Below are positions 18,600-29,359 of a stretch of DNA of 64,000 nt, piece by piece. A program made the translations under genes and the position numbers. Origin of the DNA: a virus; IMG/VR virus record IMGVR_UViG_3300030329_005426, positions 1 through 64,000 of that record. One strand, given 5' to 3'. How positions within the stretch are numbered: the stretch's first letter is position 1; each line of letters starts with the position of its first letter. The notes beneath the pieces are model-generated. The model was not told the origin of the DNA. It saw nothing but the letters and a program-made list of their open reading frames with translations, and made no database searches.

Positions 18600-19973
18600 T
18601 TACATAAGGTTGGAAATTTCAACCATGCGATAGTAGATGTTCTTCTTAGCGAAGGCAATTGCACCATCAGCATTTGTCGTAGCAAATGGGTTAGCTACCA
18701 TGCCATATCGGGTTTTAAAGCCGATCTTTGGCTGGAAGGTGTTTTCCCCAACTGCACGGACCATCTGCAGAGGTACGTATGGGCAGTAGAACAAGCCCGC
18801 ATCAAACGCACTGGAACCCTTATAACCGATCGTAGCATACTGCTTCCCGCTTGAGCTGGTGAAGTAAGGATCGATGTACACTTTAACCCGGCCGTTTGCA
18901 ACACCAGCGAATGTATTGCCTGTGTCATCAACGTTAAGGTTATTGGAAAGTGCTGGGGTGTAATCAAGTACGCCAGCCATCTGAAGAGCAGAAGCAACAT
19001 CAGATCCGCAGATCATTACGTTACCTTTACCCCTACGAGTCGACTTAGCAATTTGGTTAGCTTCACGCTCGATTTGGAAGATAAGTCCCTTGAAGCGCTC
19101 AACTGACCAACGGCCATTAGCATCTGTGTCAAGATCAAATGTACCCGCTGTGGTAGTATTGTCCTGAGCACCAGCTGTCGCGGTGTAGTTGATTGTGCGA
19201 ATTACTTCGCGGTTGATTTCGGAAAGAATTTCTGCCGAAAGGATGTTAGCTAGTTCAGTTTCAGCATCCAAACCGTGGATAGCTTTAAGATCCTGAGCAA
19301 GCTCCATCGTATACTCAGCTTTCAGAGCCCGGCTAACGGCTGTTACAGAAACCTTCTCGATGCTGAATGCCATTTCTTGGAAAGCATTCGTGGAAGCATC
19401 GCCAAGAGCTTCAGCCTCAGCAGTTGTCATACCTTGCGTAACGGTATATCCGGAACCAGAAGCACGATCCGTTGGATCATTTCCTGTTGCAGCAGTACCT
19501 GCACTACCGTCAACGGCCGCAATAGAAGCTGTATTACCAGCGGCGCTACCAGCGTGTGAAGTATTAGCTTCATTAAAGAGAGCTTCTGTACCACTCTGAT
19601 TAGTATAACGAGAGCGCATTGCAAAGATAAGTCCGGTTGGACCTGTCATTGGTTGCACACCGCATACGTCATAAGCGATGAGGTTTGGCATAGAACGGCG
19701 AACAAGCGAAATCAGCACTGGATCGAAGATGTCTACAGAACCATCACCTGCAGTCGAAGAAGAAGCACCCATAGCATTTGTGGGAGCCGCCTCACCGAGT
19801 AGGGATGGCATCTGATATCCACCAGAACCACTGGCTGCTTCAGCTGACGCACGTTCCTGGTTTTCTAAAAGAGTGGCGGTGACGGTGCGGCGATGAGCGT
19901 CGCCAATCTCAGGAAGATCGGGGTGCTCGAGCACTGGCTGCCACTTCTTTTGTAGTTCTTCAGTAACATACAT
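18600..19973 (-). CDS. 23: Major capsid protein gp23
   Basis: VQPMTGPTGLIFAMR, RALKAEYTMELAQDLKAIHGLDAE and FQPKIGFKTRYG motifs. Confidence 0.99.
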   Translation of the reverse strand: MYVTEELQKKWQPVLEHPDLPEIGDAHRRTVTATLLENQERASAEAASGSGGYQMPSLLGEAAPTNAMGASSSTAGDGSVDIFDPVLISLVRRSMPNLIAYDVCGVQPMTGPTGLIFAMRSRYTNQSGTEALFNEANTSHAGSAAGNTASIAAVDGSAGTAATGNDPTDRASGSGYTVTQGMTTAEAEALGDASTNAFQEMAFSIEKVSVTAVSRALKAEYTMELAQDLKAIHGLDAETELANILSAEILSEINREVIRTINYTATAGAQDNTTTAGTFDLDTDANGRWSVERFKGLIFQIEREANQIAKSTRRGKGNVMICGSDVASALQMAGVLDYTPALSNNLNVDDTGNTFAGVANGRVKVYIDPYFTSSSGKQYATIGYKGSSAFDAGLFYCPYVPLQMVRAVGENTFQPKIGFKTRYGMVANPFATTNADGAIAFAKKNIYYRMVEISNLM

Positions 19974-20015
19974 TTGATTTCTCCTTGTACTTTATATGAT
20001 CAGCCTTTGTCATAT

Positions 20016-20023
20016 TATTTATA
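20016..20023 (-). promoter_or_regulatory. gp55 late promoter TATAAATA (g23)
   Basis: Exact T4 late consensus upstream of g23. Further exact copies at 21215-21222, 22963-22970, 29335-29342, 35169-35176, 53025-53032, 57630-57637 and 63654-63661. Confidence 0.9.
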
Positions 20024-20026
20024 AAA

Positions 20027-21172
20027 TTACTTCTTTACAGACCTAGAAATGGTGTTTAAATATACAGCCATCGATCCTTGGGGTTGTTCTGTTGTTTCTT
20101 CGTCAAGATCTACGGCCTCATCATCAGCCTCAATAGGAGACGTGAGTTCCTCTGTTTCCTCGCCATTGAAATATTGTTCTTTGACAATGGAAAGTTTATT
20201 TTCGTAATCTTCTGGTGCCTCAAACTCAATACCAGCCGCTAATTGACGAAGTTTTTCAACCTCAGTATCAGCGAGACCATCACTCACTTTACGAAGAATA
20301 TCATCTTTAGATGATTCTGCTACAACCTTTTTAAGCTCAACATTTTTTTCGATTTCCTTGTTAAGGTTATCTTCGAGCTCTTCTACCTTAGCAGCAAGCT
20401 CTTCAACAACATCAACTTTTTCTTCTGGAACATCGACATAATGCTCAGCAAACAGGTCGTGTAGTCCGCGGAGGAAGTCTTCAGTTAATTCGGACTTGAG
20501 ACCACGATCAATTGCGATCTGATTGTCTTTTGTCCATTCCTCTACGACATAATCCAGATAAGAGTCAACCTTTTCGGTCATCTCTTGATCGTAAGCAGCT
20601 TTTGCCGCCTCAATCTCTGCGTCTGTTTCTGTGGAAATTTTAGCCAACTGCTCGTTGATTTTAGAAACAACAGCTGCGCTAAAAATAGTTGCTGCCTTTT
20701 CTTTAAAGTCTTCGGAAAGATCTTCGTCACCAAACATGGCTTTTACGTCATCAGAAACATCAATGTCATCAGCTGTAATAGCTGCAACATCGCGAATATC
20801 GACTGTTTCGTCTGTAGCTTCTTCCTGCTCAACAACTTCCTCACTCATAAATGCATCGTGCATTGCAAGAAGATCTTCTTTCTTCATGCTGTGGAGTTTA
20901 GTCATCATAGCATTAATAGCAGCTACTTTTGTTTTAGGAGGAGTCGAACCGGGTGTAGTTACAGCCGTTTTTTCGCCACCATCCTTGGAACCTTTTAGCT
21001 TCTTAGCTTTTTTGTTAACGGGCTCAGGAACTTCTGAAGGATCACCCATAGAAGCCTTGAACTCATCAAGCTGCTCCTCATTCTCGTTATCCTCCGAGGC
21101 CTCAACCACATCCACAGTAGCTTCGGTTTCTTCAACCTCTGTTACTGTATCTTGAATATCTTGTTCGGACAT
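20027..21172 (-). CDS. 22: Prohead core scaffold protein gp22
   Basis: Acidic coiled coil with LSEDFKEKAATIF and VDSYLDYVVEEW motifs. Confidence 0.93.
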   Translation of the reverse strand: MSEQDIQDTVTEVEETEATVDVVEASEDNENEEQLDEFKASMGDPSEVPEPVNKKAKKLKGSKDGGEKTAVTTPGSTPPKTKVAAINAMMTKLHSMKKEDLLAMHDAFMSEEVVEQEEATDETVDIRDVAAITADDIDVSDDVKAMFGDEDLSEDFKEKAATIFSAAVVSKINEQLAKISTETDAEIEAAKAAYDQEMTEKVDSYLDYVVEEWTKDNQIAIDRGLKSELTEDFLRGLHDLFAEHYVDVPEEKVDVVEELAAKVEELEDNLNKEIEKNVELKKVVAESSKDDILRKVSDGLADTEVEKLRQLAAGIEFEAPEDYENKLSIVKEQYFNGEETEELTSPIEADDEAVDLDEETTEQPQGSMAVYLNTISRSVKK

Positions 21173-21234
21173 TTGGTTATCTCCTCGCTAATACGATTGT
21201 GTTTACTATACGATTATTTATAATTTTCGCGCCT

Positions 21235-21888
21235 TTAGAGCCTAGAAATGAAATTCTTGAAAACATCTAATTTAGCTTGCTCTAAATCTTTCTTTGATGC
21301 TTTCGATATAACATCACGATGACTGGCAATTATGCTTTCTTTAAAAATTCCATTTTCCCAAACCCACTCTTTACCTTCCATAACACCATTTACATATGCA
21401 TCTGGTGCTGATGGATCAGCAACAATATCAGCAGCTGTTGCTAGATAAAAATCTTTTTGAACTTCTTGACTACCGTCTTTTCCGGGTCGCAATGTTCCCA
21501 TACCGCGCGATGAAACACCAAGTGAAGCTCCTTCATCCATAAGATTTTTAACAATATTACCGTATGGAGTTTCCATAATTTTTGCTTTGCCGATAAAATT
21601 ATTTCCATCTTCTTTTAATTCTTTAATCATATGGCTGCAGCGTTCTAGATTAATTGTAGGACCTGCAGGATGACCTAACTCGCCATATGCACGATTCTTA
21701 CCAACATATTCTTGATTATATCGCGCAACTTCTTTCATAAGAACAGGCTTCGGATAAATCCGACCATTCTTATTTTTCATTTCGGATTGCATGAAAACGC
21801 CTTCGATAAAATAATTTTTTTTACCGTTTTTGTCTTCAACGAGATTGTATTGAAATCCCTCTTCTATGACTTCGGTTATTAGTTTCAT
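21235..21888 (-). CDS. 21: Prohead protease gp21
   Basis: GELGHP, GVSSRGMG and DIVADPSAP motifs. Confidence 0.97.
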   Translation of the reverse strand: MKLITEVIEEGFQYNLVEDKNGKKNYFIEGVFMQSEMKNKNGRIYPKPVLMKEVARYNQEYVGKNRAYGELGHPAGPTINLERCSHMIKELKEDGNNFIGKAKIMETPYGNIVKNLMDEGASLGVSSRGMGTLRPGKDGSQEVQKDFYLATAADIVADPSAPDAYVNGVMEGKEWVWENGIFKESIIASHRDVISKASKKDLEQAKLDVFKNFISRL

Positions 21889-22190
21889 TAGTCGGTACTC
21901 CTCGCTACTGCAAATCCACGTGCGTCAGTACCAGCATCGATGGCTATTTTATCTTTTGGCTTTTTATTAATAACTACGTATTGACCTTGTCGCAGATATA
22001 CCTGTGCTTGACCAGCATCTCTTGCAATACCAAATGCAGAACCTCCATTTGTAGGTCCAGCGGTATTAGAAACCGTTATAGTGCGATCTGTTGTGCCCGT
22101 AAGGATACATGCAATCGACGTAGCCCCGTTGAAAGTGGAGCCACCCGTTACAAGGGTTTCTACATTTGAAATGGGGCGAAATGTTGTCAT
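21888..22190 (-). CDS. Hypothetical virion protein
   Basis: TAATG-coupled within the head operon. Confidence 0.65.
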   Translation of the reverse strand: MTTFRPISNVETLVTGGSTFNGATSIACILTGTTDRTITVSNTAGPTNGGSAFGIARDAGQAQVYLRQGQYVVINKKPKDKIAIDAGTDARGFAVARSTD

Positions 22191-22726
22191 TACGCTGCTC
22201 CTTGTTCCATATTGAGCCAGCTACTAGTCATTTGAAAAGATGTCATATCCTTCGTGAGGTGAAGCATAAGTTGCTCCTGATGACTGTCATCCAAATCATT
22301 GGCAAACTCGTGAATTTTTTGTGCTAATTCTGCGGAAATATTTACTACTTTACCATCACCTAATTTAAGGTCCCCTTCTTTAATGGGTTTGATAACAGCA
22401 GTTTCACCACCCTTTGACGCAGTAGCCTTACTTGTATCCCGCGACTTACTTCCGTCGTGCGTGTTTTTAACATCACTTGAGCCCTGCTTAACGGGTGCTC
22501 GCTCGCCATTCATTGGCTGCTTAGGCTTTGCATGACTAACGTGTGATGCTACATGTTGTTTATCGTCTGCGACAGGATGATCGGTTTTCTTTACGGTATG
22601 AGAATCCCTAAAATCCTGTTCACCTTTAGCTCGAGATTTAATATCATCGACCTCGTCATCCTTATCCTTAGGAGCGACGTAATCCTGTGCTACGCTTGCT
22701 TCACGTAGTTCCCTAAACGTTTTCAT
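22190..22726 (-). CDS. Prohead core protein (gp68-position)
   Basis: MKTFRELRE start, charged composition, synteny. Confidence 0.55.
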   Translation of the reverse strand: MKTFRELREASVAQDYVAPKDKDDEVDDIKSRAKGEQDFRDSHTVKKTDHPVADDKQHVASHVSHAKPKQPMNGERAPVKQGSSDVKNTHDGSKSRDTSKATASKGGETAVIKPIKEGDLKLGDGKVVNISAELAQKIHEFANDLDDSHQEQLMLHLTKDMTSFQMTSSWLNMEQGAA

Positions 22727-22937
22727 CAGCTGGCTCCTCTACTGAAATTGGTTCATCTGTTTCTGGAGAAATTTCTACTTCAGGTTCTTCCTCATGGAAA
22801 AGATTCATACCAATTTCACGTTTACGAAGGTTTAAAGCATCACTAACTTTACCATACAGTGCATCTGATACAGATGTTTTAAACTGCTGGCCGTCATTGT
22901 CACCTAGACCCTTAATTGCATTTTCAAGTTCAGACAT
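22713..22937 (-). CDS. Prohead core protein (gp67-like)
   Basis: Small acidic protein with its own TATAAATA promoter, synteny. Confidence 0.6.
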   Translation of the reverse strand: MSELENAIKGLGDNDGQQFKTSVSDALYGKVSDALNLRKREIGMNLFHEEEPEVEISPETDEPISVEEPADENV

Positions 22938-22977
22938 AAAATATCTCCTGTTTATTCCCTATTATTTATAAAAATCT

Positions 22978-24864
22978 TTACGTAAAGTATGGTACTTTAT
23001 ATGCAGTACCACCTATTGTTAGTACCAAATGACCGGCCGGATTAGCTACTACCGCGGCATTTAATGGCACAGAACCCTGTGCCGTAGTAACATCTGCTGT
23101 ATTACCTGACTTAACAGCTGTTGCAATAACACCATTTGCGACTTGAATTCTGTCTGATACGAGCAATCTGATAGCTGTATTAGTTGAAGTTAGATTAGTA
23201 TTGAGGTTACTAATAGCAGAATTAGTATTAGCTAATCCTTGGTTACTTAATAACCTAACCGCAGTATTAGTTGCCAATAGATTAGTATTGAGGTTACTAA
23301 TAGCAGAATTAGTATTAGCTAATCCTTGATTACTTAATAATCGTATTGCTGTGTTAGTTGCCAATAGATTAGTATTGAGATTACTAATTGCTAAGTTAGT
23401 ATTAGCCAACTGTACATCTGTTGACATCGATGCGATATAAGAATTGGTGTTAGCTAAAGCTGCTCTTTCTCTAGCACTAACTGTAGCGATATAAGAATTG
23501 GTGTTAGCTAAATTACTGGCTTGTTTTGCTTCTTGCGTATCAAGAGCAGATTGTGTATTTGTATTTAATAACCTGATTGCAGTATTAGTCGCAGTTAGGT
23601 TTGTATTAAGATTACTGATAGCCGCGTTAGTATTAGCTAATCCAGTATCTCCTCCTCCAGAAGAGGCAGCAATATAAGCGTTAGTATTAGCTAAAGCTGC
23701 TCTTTCTCTAGCGCTAACTGTAGCGATATAAGAATTGGTATTAGCTAAAGCTGATTGATGTGCAGAATTTGCAACTAAATTTGATGAAATCCAGGATCTT
23801 CCATAACCCCAATCATCAGTCCATTCTCTAGAAGCGAGTTGTTCAGTTGTATTTGAAAATAAACCAGTCGCATTTGCCGAAAGTGTAGTACTACCAAGTT
23901 TAATAGTAGCACCGGATAGATATAAATCTTTCCATTGTCTAGTAGAAGAACCTAAATCAAATGTATTGCCTGAAGCGGGGATAATAGCCTTTGTTTGGAG
24001 TGTAGTTGTGATATTATTACTTGAACCACCACCACCTTCGGCGTCTGCACCAATCCATTTACCTGTTGATGCTTGAAATTGTAAATACTTACCATCAACT
24101 TTAGCTGAGTCTCTATTTACATCATCAAGAAATTCGAGTCTTACTTCACCACCACCGCTTCCACCAGTAGCTACTATTCCTCGTTGGACTTGACGTCTAA
24201 TTTCAGTTTTAAATTTTTCGTGTTGTTCTATTATAGGTGTGATATCTGGAGAATTGCCGGGTTCGCCATCCATTCCAGGGCGACCGGGCTGTCCTTTTTC
24301 TCCCTTTGGTCCTACAGGACCTTGTTTACCAGCCGGCCCTTGATCACCCTTAGGGCCAACTTCTCCTCGTAGGCCAGGCACACCGTCGTTGCCCTTTTCT
24401 CCTTGTTCCCCTCTAGGGCCGCGAATTCCTTGTTCTCCCTTACTACCCGGTAATCCTTGAACACCAATGGGGCCGCGATCTCCTTTTTCTCCTTGCTGTC
24501 CTTGCTCTCCGAGTAATCCTCTTGGGCCGGGTTCTCCTTGCGATCCTTGTTCACCTTGTGGACCGGCAATACCTTCTGGCCCCTGAGGCCCGACAGGTCC
24601 AATTTCACCGATAAGTCCGTCATTACCCTTTTCTCCTTGAAGACCAATAGGCCCTTGTTCTCCTATAGGGCCTCTTTTTCCAATCTCACCTTGTATACCC
24701 CGTTCACCAGGAGTACCTTGAGGACCAATAGGTCCTTCTACAAGTGGTGGAATAATTATAGAATCTTCTAGTTCCGAAAGCAACTCTTTTTTTTGCTCTT
24801 TGAGTCGTTTTTCGGTAACACCAAGAACGGTAGCTAGAAGTTTTGCCTCATCTATCGTCTTCAT
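22978..24864 (-). CDS. Collagen triple-helix and ANTN coiled-coil fibre protein
   Basis: 54 uninterrupted Gly-X-Y triplets, [13 protein letters not shown] linker, LANTN repeats, C-terminal YKVPYF. Confidence 0.9.
   Translation of the reverse strand: MKTIDEAKLLATVLGVTEKRLKEQKKELLSELEDSIIIPPLVEGPIGPQGTPGERGIQGEIGKRGPIGEQGPIGLQGEKGNDGLIGEIGPVGPQGPEGIAGPQGEQGSQGEPGPRGLLGEQGQQGEKGDRGPIGVQGLPGSKGEQGIRGPRGEQGEKGNDGVPGLRGEVGPKGDQGPAGKQGPVGPKGEKGQPGRPGMDGEPGNSPDITPIIEQHEKFKTEIRRQVQRGIVATGGSGGGEVRLEFLDDVNRDSAKVDGKYLQFQASTGKWIGADAEGGGGSSNNITTTLQTKAIIPASGNTFDLGSSTRQWKDLYLSGATIKLGSTTLSANATGLFSNTTEQLASREWTDDWGYGRSWISSNLVANSAHQSALANTNSYIATVSARERAALANTNAYIAASSGGGDTGLANTNAAISNLNTNLTATNTAIRLLNTNTQSALDTQEAKQASNLANTNSYIATVSARERAALANTNSYIASMSTDVQLANTNLAISNLNTNLLATNTAIRLLSNQGLANTNSAISNLNTNLLATNTAVRLLSNQGLANTNSAISNLNTNLTSTNTAIRLLVSDRIQVANGVIATAVKSGNTADVTTAQGSVPLNAAVVANPAGHLVLTIGGTAYKVPYFT
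23160..23760 (-). repeat. Intragenic repeats encoding LANTN modules (87-nt / 29-aa period)
   Basis: 23191-23253 is nearly identical to 23278-23340, and 23450-23510 to 23687-23750. Confidence 0.85.
24250..24735 (-). repeat. Collagen Gly-X-Y repeat (54 triplets)
   Basis: Counted directly from the translation, GPI through GNS. Confidence 0.95.
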
Positions 24865-26590
24865 CGTCGCTCTCGATCTCTGCCATACTGTCCATGAAGC
24901 GGCTCATGCTTTCCAAAAGCTCTTTTTCTTCTTTGGATGGTTTAGACGGAGGCTCGAAAGGTACCGTATTCGCTGCTTCTTGAACGGGCGGCACTGGTGC
25001 ATCAGGCGTCTGAGGCTGTGCTGCAGGACTTCGTGGCTCAGGCGGAGCTCCTTGGCTCTGATCCTGGCCTTGATCCTCATCGTCACCTTCATATTCACCT
25101 GCGTTTTGCTCTTTCTTTATTTCTTGATCTATTAGCTTGATATCATCATCATTCATTCGAAGAATATTTCGTTTTACCCATGCCTTGGAGAAATAATCTT
25201 CTGTAAATTGTGCTACCTCGCCAAGCATACGTAAACGTGATTCCAAAACCTCTGTTTCTTTAAGCTCTTGGTAATGATTATCTTCAAGAAAATCGTAATA
25301 GATATGTTCTTTTATTTCTTTCCAATCTTGTTTAGTTGTAATACCTTTAAGAATTAATTGTGTTTCTAAAAGTGTATCAAATAGAATTGAAAATCGTTTT
25401 CGCAGACGATTAATAAACTTTGCAAATTTAACTTCATCTCGTGTTATCTCACTAGCACGACCTATGTTAAATTGATTATCTGCTTCCATTCGTGTTGACG
25501 GTACATTTAAAGCCTTATAAAGCTTCTTTTTAAAATATTCAACATCTTCCATTTCACCTAAATTTTGTCCACCTGGAAGTGTTGTAATTTCTGTTCCCCT
25601 ACCACCTTCACGTCTCGGTAACCAAAAGTCTTCGAGCATGGTCATAAATTTTCGATCATCTCGTACTTCACCTGTAGCGGCGTCGTAGACGAGTCTATTT
25701 TTATGTTTGACCATCATATCACGAAGATATTGTTCTGCTTTAGCTTTTGGCAGATTGCCTACGTCAATATAGAATATACGCCTCTCTGGGGCTCTTGCTA
25801 ATCGGTAGATGACCGTTGCGTCTTCTAACATGCGTAGCTGGTTAAGTGGTTTAATGGCTTTATGCAAGTAACCTAATACAAGTTTACTCCGTTGATCCAT
25901 TTGACCACTAGTAACGTGACAAACACTGTCTTTAGATACCTTAAGGCCCTGCTGTGAAGATTGCAAGCCTTTAGGATTATAAAGAAAGTATTCGTTATAT
26001 CCTAAGTGAACCTCATTCTTTTTTCCAGCAGGAGTATTTTGACCTAATTGTCCTTGCTTCTTTTTAGGTTCACGTACTTTTCTAATTTTTCGGGGATCAA
26101 TATACCTTAATTCCTTGATACCAGCACGAGGTTTTTTAACATCAATCATAATATGGTAATAGAGCCTACCATCTACATACCATCTTTTAAATATATCATA
26201 GGAATTGTTATTGAAATTAAGTAGTTTGAGAATTTCCGTAAATTCACTGTGAATAGATTTTTTAATATTAGCGGGGAGTTTACTTCGGTCAAGTTTAACC
26301 TGTACAGAAGGAACTTCTACATCATCGCTAAAAATAATTGCATCATTAACGATATCATCGACGGCTAATTCAGCTTCAGGCTGCATTGCCATTTCGCGAT
26401 ATCGAGTTACTAATTCAGCTTCGGTTTTTGCAGTACCTTCCAAATCTACGTAGGTGCCATATACACCTCCTGGAGCAATTTCCATAGCTCCATCTTCTGA
26501 TGGCGGTGGTGCAAAAGAAGGGACTGCGACCGCTTCCTTGGTCTCATCCTCTTTTTTACCGATCTGAAATCCGAACAATTCAATGGCCAT
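24848..26590 (-). CDS. 20: Portal protein gp20
   Basis: YRLARAPERRIFYIDVGNLP and EDFWLPRREGGRGTEITTLPGG motifs. Confidence 0.98.
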   Translation of the reverse strand: MAIELFGFQIGKKEDETKEAVAVPSFAPPPSEDGAMEIAPGGVYGTYVDLEGTAKTEAELVTRYREMAMQPEAELAVDDIVNDAIIFSDDVEVPSVQVKLDRSKLPANIKKSIHSEFTEILKLLNFNNNSYDIFKRWYVDGRLYYHIMIDVKKPRAGIKELRYIDPRKIRKVREPKKKQGQLGQNTPAGKKNEVHLGYNEYFLYNPKGLQSSQQGLKVSKDSVCHVTSGQMDQRSKLVLGYLHKAIKPLNQLRMLEDATVIYRLARAPERRIFYIDVGNLPKAKAEQYLRDMMVKHKNRLVYDAATGEVRDDRKFMTMLEDFWLPRREGGRGTEITTLPGGQNLGEMEDVEYFKKKLYKALNVPSTRMEADNQFNIGRASEITRDEVKFAKFINRLRKRFSILFDTLLETQLILKGITTKQDWKEIKEHIYYDFLEDNHYQELKETEVLESRLRMLGEVAQFTEDYFSKAWVKRNILRMNDDDIKLIDQEIKKEQNAGEYEGDDEDQGQDQSQGAPPEPRSPAAQPQTPDAPVPPVQEAANTVPFEPPSKPSKEEKELLESMSRFMDSMAEIESDDEDDR

Positions 26591-26610
26591 TTTTTCTTCC
26601 TTTATCAAAT

Positions 26611-26646
26611 AAAAAGGGGCTACCTATATTTATGGCAACCCCTTTT
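26611..26646 (-). terminator. g19 terminator with a late-promoter-like ATAAATA in its loop
   Basis: GGGGTTGCC-ATAAATATA-GGTAGCCCC-TTTTT. Confidence 0.8.
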
Positions 26647-26683
26647 AACACATTTTAAAAATACAGTGTAAAACGAATAGCGA

Positions 26684-27298
26684 TTAAGTTGAGACCGTAA
26701 CCGCAAAGTCTGCTTCAACTTGACCCTTATCGGAAAGTGCCTGAACTGTATCGCGATGCCAATAATCTATATTAAATGTCACAGTAAACTCTTGAATTGC
26801 ATCTGCTGTTGCCCAATCCAAGTCCATAGCTGCTACTTCTGTTGGGAATAATCCAACAACACGATACGTAGCTATAGCATTACCGCGTTTTCCATATTGT
26901 GTAATCTGCCCATCGGTTTTATATGCGCCTTCGGTTGTGCCACCACCGATAACTCCAGGAGCACCTGATCCAGGACCAATTGCTCTTTGGTTACCAATAG
27001 GTTTATTGACTATATCAGCCCAACCTTCTAGTACATTTCGGATTGCAAAATCTTCATCATTGATGACTGTTACCGTCCATGTATCGAACTGCTGAACACC
27101 ACCGAATCTAATTGTACGGCCAAAGTATTGGGTTTCGACCGTAGTTAGAGTCTTAGGAGGCGTCTGAGTTGCCCGACACAAGAATGGAAGATCTTGCATA
27201 CCGGCTGAATTAGGTGCCGTAAAGTTACATTCGAAAAGTGCTGGACGAGCACCGCCAAATTGCAACCTACCGGCGAAATCTCTAATATTAAACGACAT
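26684..27298 (-). CDS. 19: Tail tube protein gp19
   Basis: GARPALF, WTVTVINDEDF and FPTEVAAMDLDW motifs. Confidence 0.93.
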   Translation of the reverse strand: MSFNIRDFAGRLQFGGARPALFECNFTAPNSAGMQDLPFLCRATQTPPKTLTTVETQYFGRTIRFGGVQQFDTWTVTVINDEDFAIRNVLEGWADIVNKPIGNQRAIGPGSGAPGVIGGGTTEGAYKTDGQITQYGKRGNAIATYRVVGLFPTEVAAMDLDWATADAIQEFTVTFNIDYWHRDTVQALSDKGQVEADFAVTVST

Positions 27299-27328
27299 GT
27301 TTTCTTCTCCTCGTTATATGTTTATTTA

Positions 27329-29275
27329 TTAGAATTGTCCAACAACTTCAGAAAATTCTACACCAGTTCTTACCGCAACAAAGTTCAATTGAATAAAGTT
27401 AATTGAACGGGCAGGTTTAATGTAGATATCTCCTACAAATTCATTCCGGTCGATAATTTCGCCTGTGTTATTCGATTCATCACAAACAACCTTAAAGTCT
27501 GTAATGCCTCGGCGACCTTGTACATCCCTAAGGAAAGGCTCAACCATGTTACGGAATTGTGCACGGGTAAATGCATCGTTGAACTCGAAGAGAGTAAACT
27601 TCGCAGCTGTACTAATTGCTTTTTCGAGTACAATGAACAACCGGCGGACGTTAATCCGGTCGAATGCACTGGGTTTAGCTAACATTGTTTTATCACCGAA
27701 GAGGACTGTTCCTTGTCCTGCAAACGCGACAACTGGGTTAACACCCTTTTTATAAAGTTGATCTCGATGTGCTTTCTTTGGATTATATGCTAGTTTAACA
27801 ACGTTTTTAACATTACCGCGGTTATAACCAGCTGGCGACCACCATGCATCTCGGAGAAGATCAGTAGCAACCATTAAACCGGCTGTATCACCGTTTAGCG
27901 GTACATAGCGGTACAAATCGTTATATTTGTCATATTGGTATTTCCATCCAGAATCCATTACTGCGTAAGAGCTACTTGGAAGCAGATCTCGGAAGGCAAT
28001 AACATCATCTAGTTCCGCTGTTGCATATCCGCTATTGTTAACAACGTCTGCTCTGCGGGGTGAAATGCAAGCGACGCAGTCTTTACGGACTTCTGCGACA
28101 TTATTAATAACATCGAGAGCCAATGTCTGGTTAACTGTACCGAGAACCAGAAGCGAAACATCAACTTCTTCAGCATTCACAAACTTCTTATATCCGTTGA
28201 TATAATCAGCATTGCGTGGTGTATCTCCATCTTGGCCATTTACCAATGAACCACCTTGTGGAGCGGTTGCTGAAGCACCAAATGTAGTTCCTTTAGCAGC
28301 AGAACCAGCATTTGTCAGTTGTGTATCGTGGGCTGTCCACCAAAGATATTTAGACTGTTGGTTGACAACTTCTTTATAGTAATTTACAGAACCATCAGCG
28401 GTTTTTGCATCAGATGCCATAGAAAGTTTATAGTAGCGCTCAACAACTGTATTAGCTGTTCCTGTCCACTCACCATCTTCATCGGCTACAATAAGATGCA
28501 TTTCGTCATTAGATCCGCCACGGTTAGATACGAAATCGGATGTGCCTGGAGCATCATCAAATTCATTGTAGAACTCCCAGCGACGCTCACCGTGCCCGCC
28601 TGCTGCAGCTTCGGCATTATGAGAATTGCCTGAATATGCTTCTGACAATGTTAATTGACTTGAGTTAGCAACTGCACTAACAGTTCGTACTTCTTTATCG
28701 GGTCCTAGGACAATCTGATCCCCAACCGTTAGCTCTGTGTTAAATGTGGAGCTATTTAGACCTGTTACAGTTGCACTGTTTGCAGTAACAACAACATTAC
28801 CTGTTAATGCTGACGACCATGCTGCTGAACTACCACACATAGAAACGCGCAATGAATTACCCAACAATCCTGGATACTTAGCCGCAAACTCACCTACACC
28901 GCTAATTCCGGTAGCGTGATTTTCATTATAATCGTCTTCATCAGTAATAAGTGTAGTAGCGTTATTTGCTGAGGCCATATGAGCATTTTTAGCTTCCTGG
29001 GCGGCAGTGCCACTACGGTTTACTACACGTACAACGTGAAGAGCGTTGCCGTAAGACAGGAAGTTTTTGGCAGTAAAAAAGTCATTTGCTGTATTAGCGT
29101 TAGGCGATTGGAATTGGGATACCAATGTATCCTCAGAATCAATGAGAACCCGCTTTTCTACAGGACCCCAGCGAAAGTGCCCGGCAATGCCGCCTTCGGT
29201 TGTAGAAACGGCAGGAACAATCGTAGTAAGATCGATTTCACTTACATTGACTCCTGGTGAAACTTGAAAAGCCAT
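27329..29275 (-). CDS. 18: Tail sheath protein gp18
   Basis: SPGVNVSEIDLT, FDRINVRRLF and IKPARSINFIQLNF motifs. Confidence 0.98.
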   Translation of the reverse strand: MAFQVSPGVNVSEIDLTTIVPAVSTTEGGIAGHFRWGPVEKRVLIDSEDTLVSQFQSPNANTANDFFTAKNFLSYGNALHVVRVVNRSGTAAQEAKNAHMASANNATTLITDEDDYNENHATGISGVGEFAAKYPGLLGNSLRVSMCGSSAAWSSALTGNVVVTANSATVTGLNSSTFNTELTVGDQIVLGPDKEVRTVSAVANSSQLTLSEAYSGNSHNAEAAAGGHGERRWEFYNEFDDAPGTSDFVSNRGGSNDEMHLIVADEDGEWTGTANTVVERYYKLSMASDAKTADGSVNYYKEVVNQQSKYLWWTAHDTQLTNAGSAAKGTTFGASATAPQGGSLVNGQDGDTPRNADYINGYKKFVNAEEVDVSLLVLGTVNQTLALDVINNVAEVRKDCVACISPRRADVVNNSGYATAELDDVIAFRDLLPSSSYAVMDSGWKYQYDKYNDLYRYVPLNGDTAGLMVATDLLRDAWWSPAGYNRGNVKNVVKLAYNPKKAHRDQLYKKGVNPVVAFAGQGTVLFGDKTMLAKPSAFDRINVRRLFIVLEKAISTAAKFTLFEFNDAFTRAQFRNMVEPFLRDVQGRRGITDFKVVCDESNNTGEIIDRNEFVGDIYIKPARSINFIQLNFVAVRTGVEFSEVVGQF

Positions 29276-29359
29276 CGTTATTCTCCTCGTTCTTATAAGA
29301 TAAGTTAATTATCAGCTTCTTTAGGTTATGCAATTATTTATAAAAAATGCGCTTTAACG

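Noticed and set aside
23160-23760. CRISPR array or DGR template repeat
   Set aside because: Repeats are in-frame coding with synonymous differences; no spacers, no adenine-specific variation and no reverse transcriptase seen
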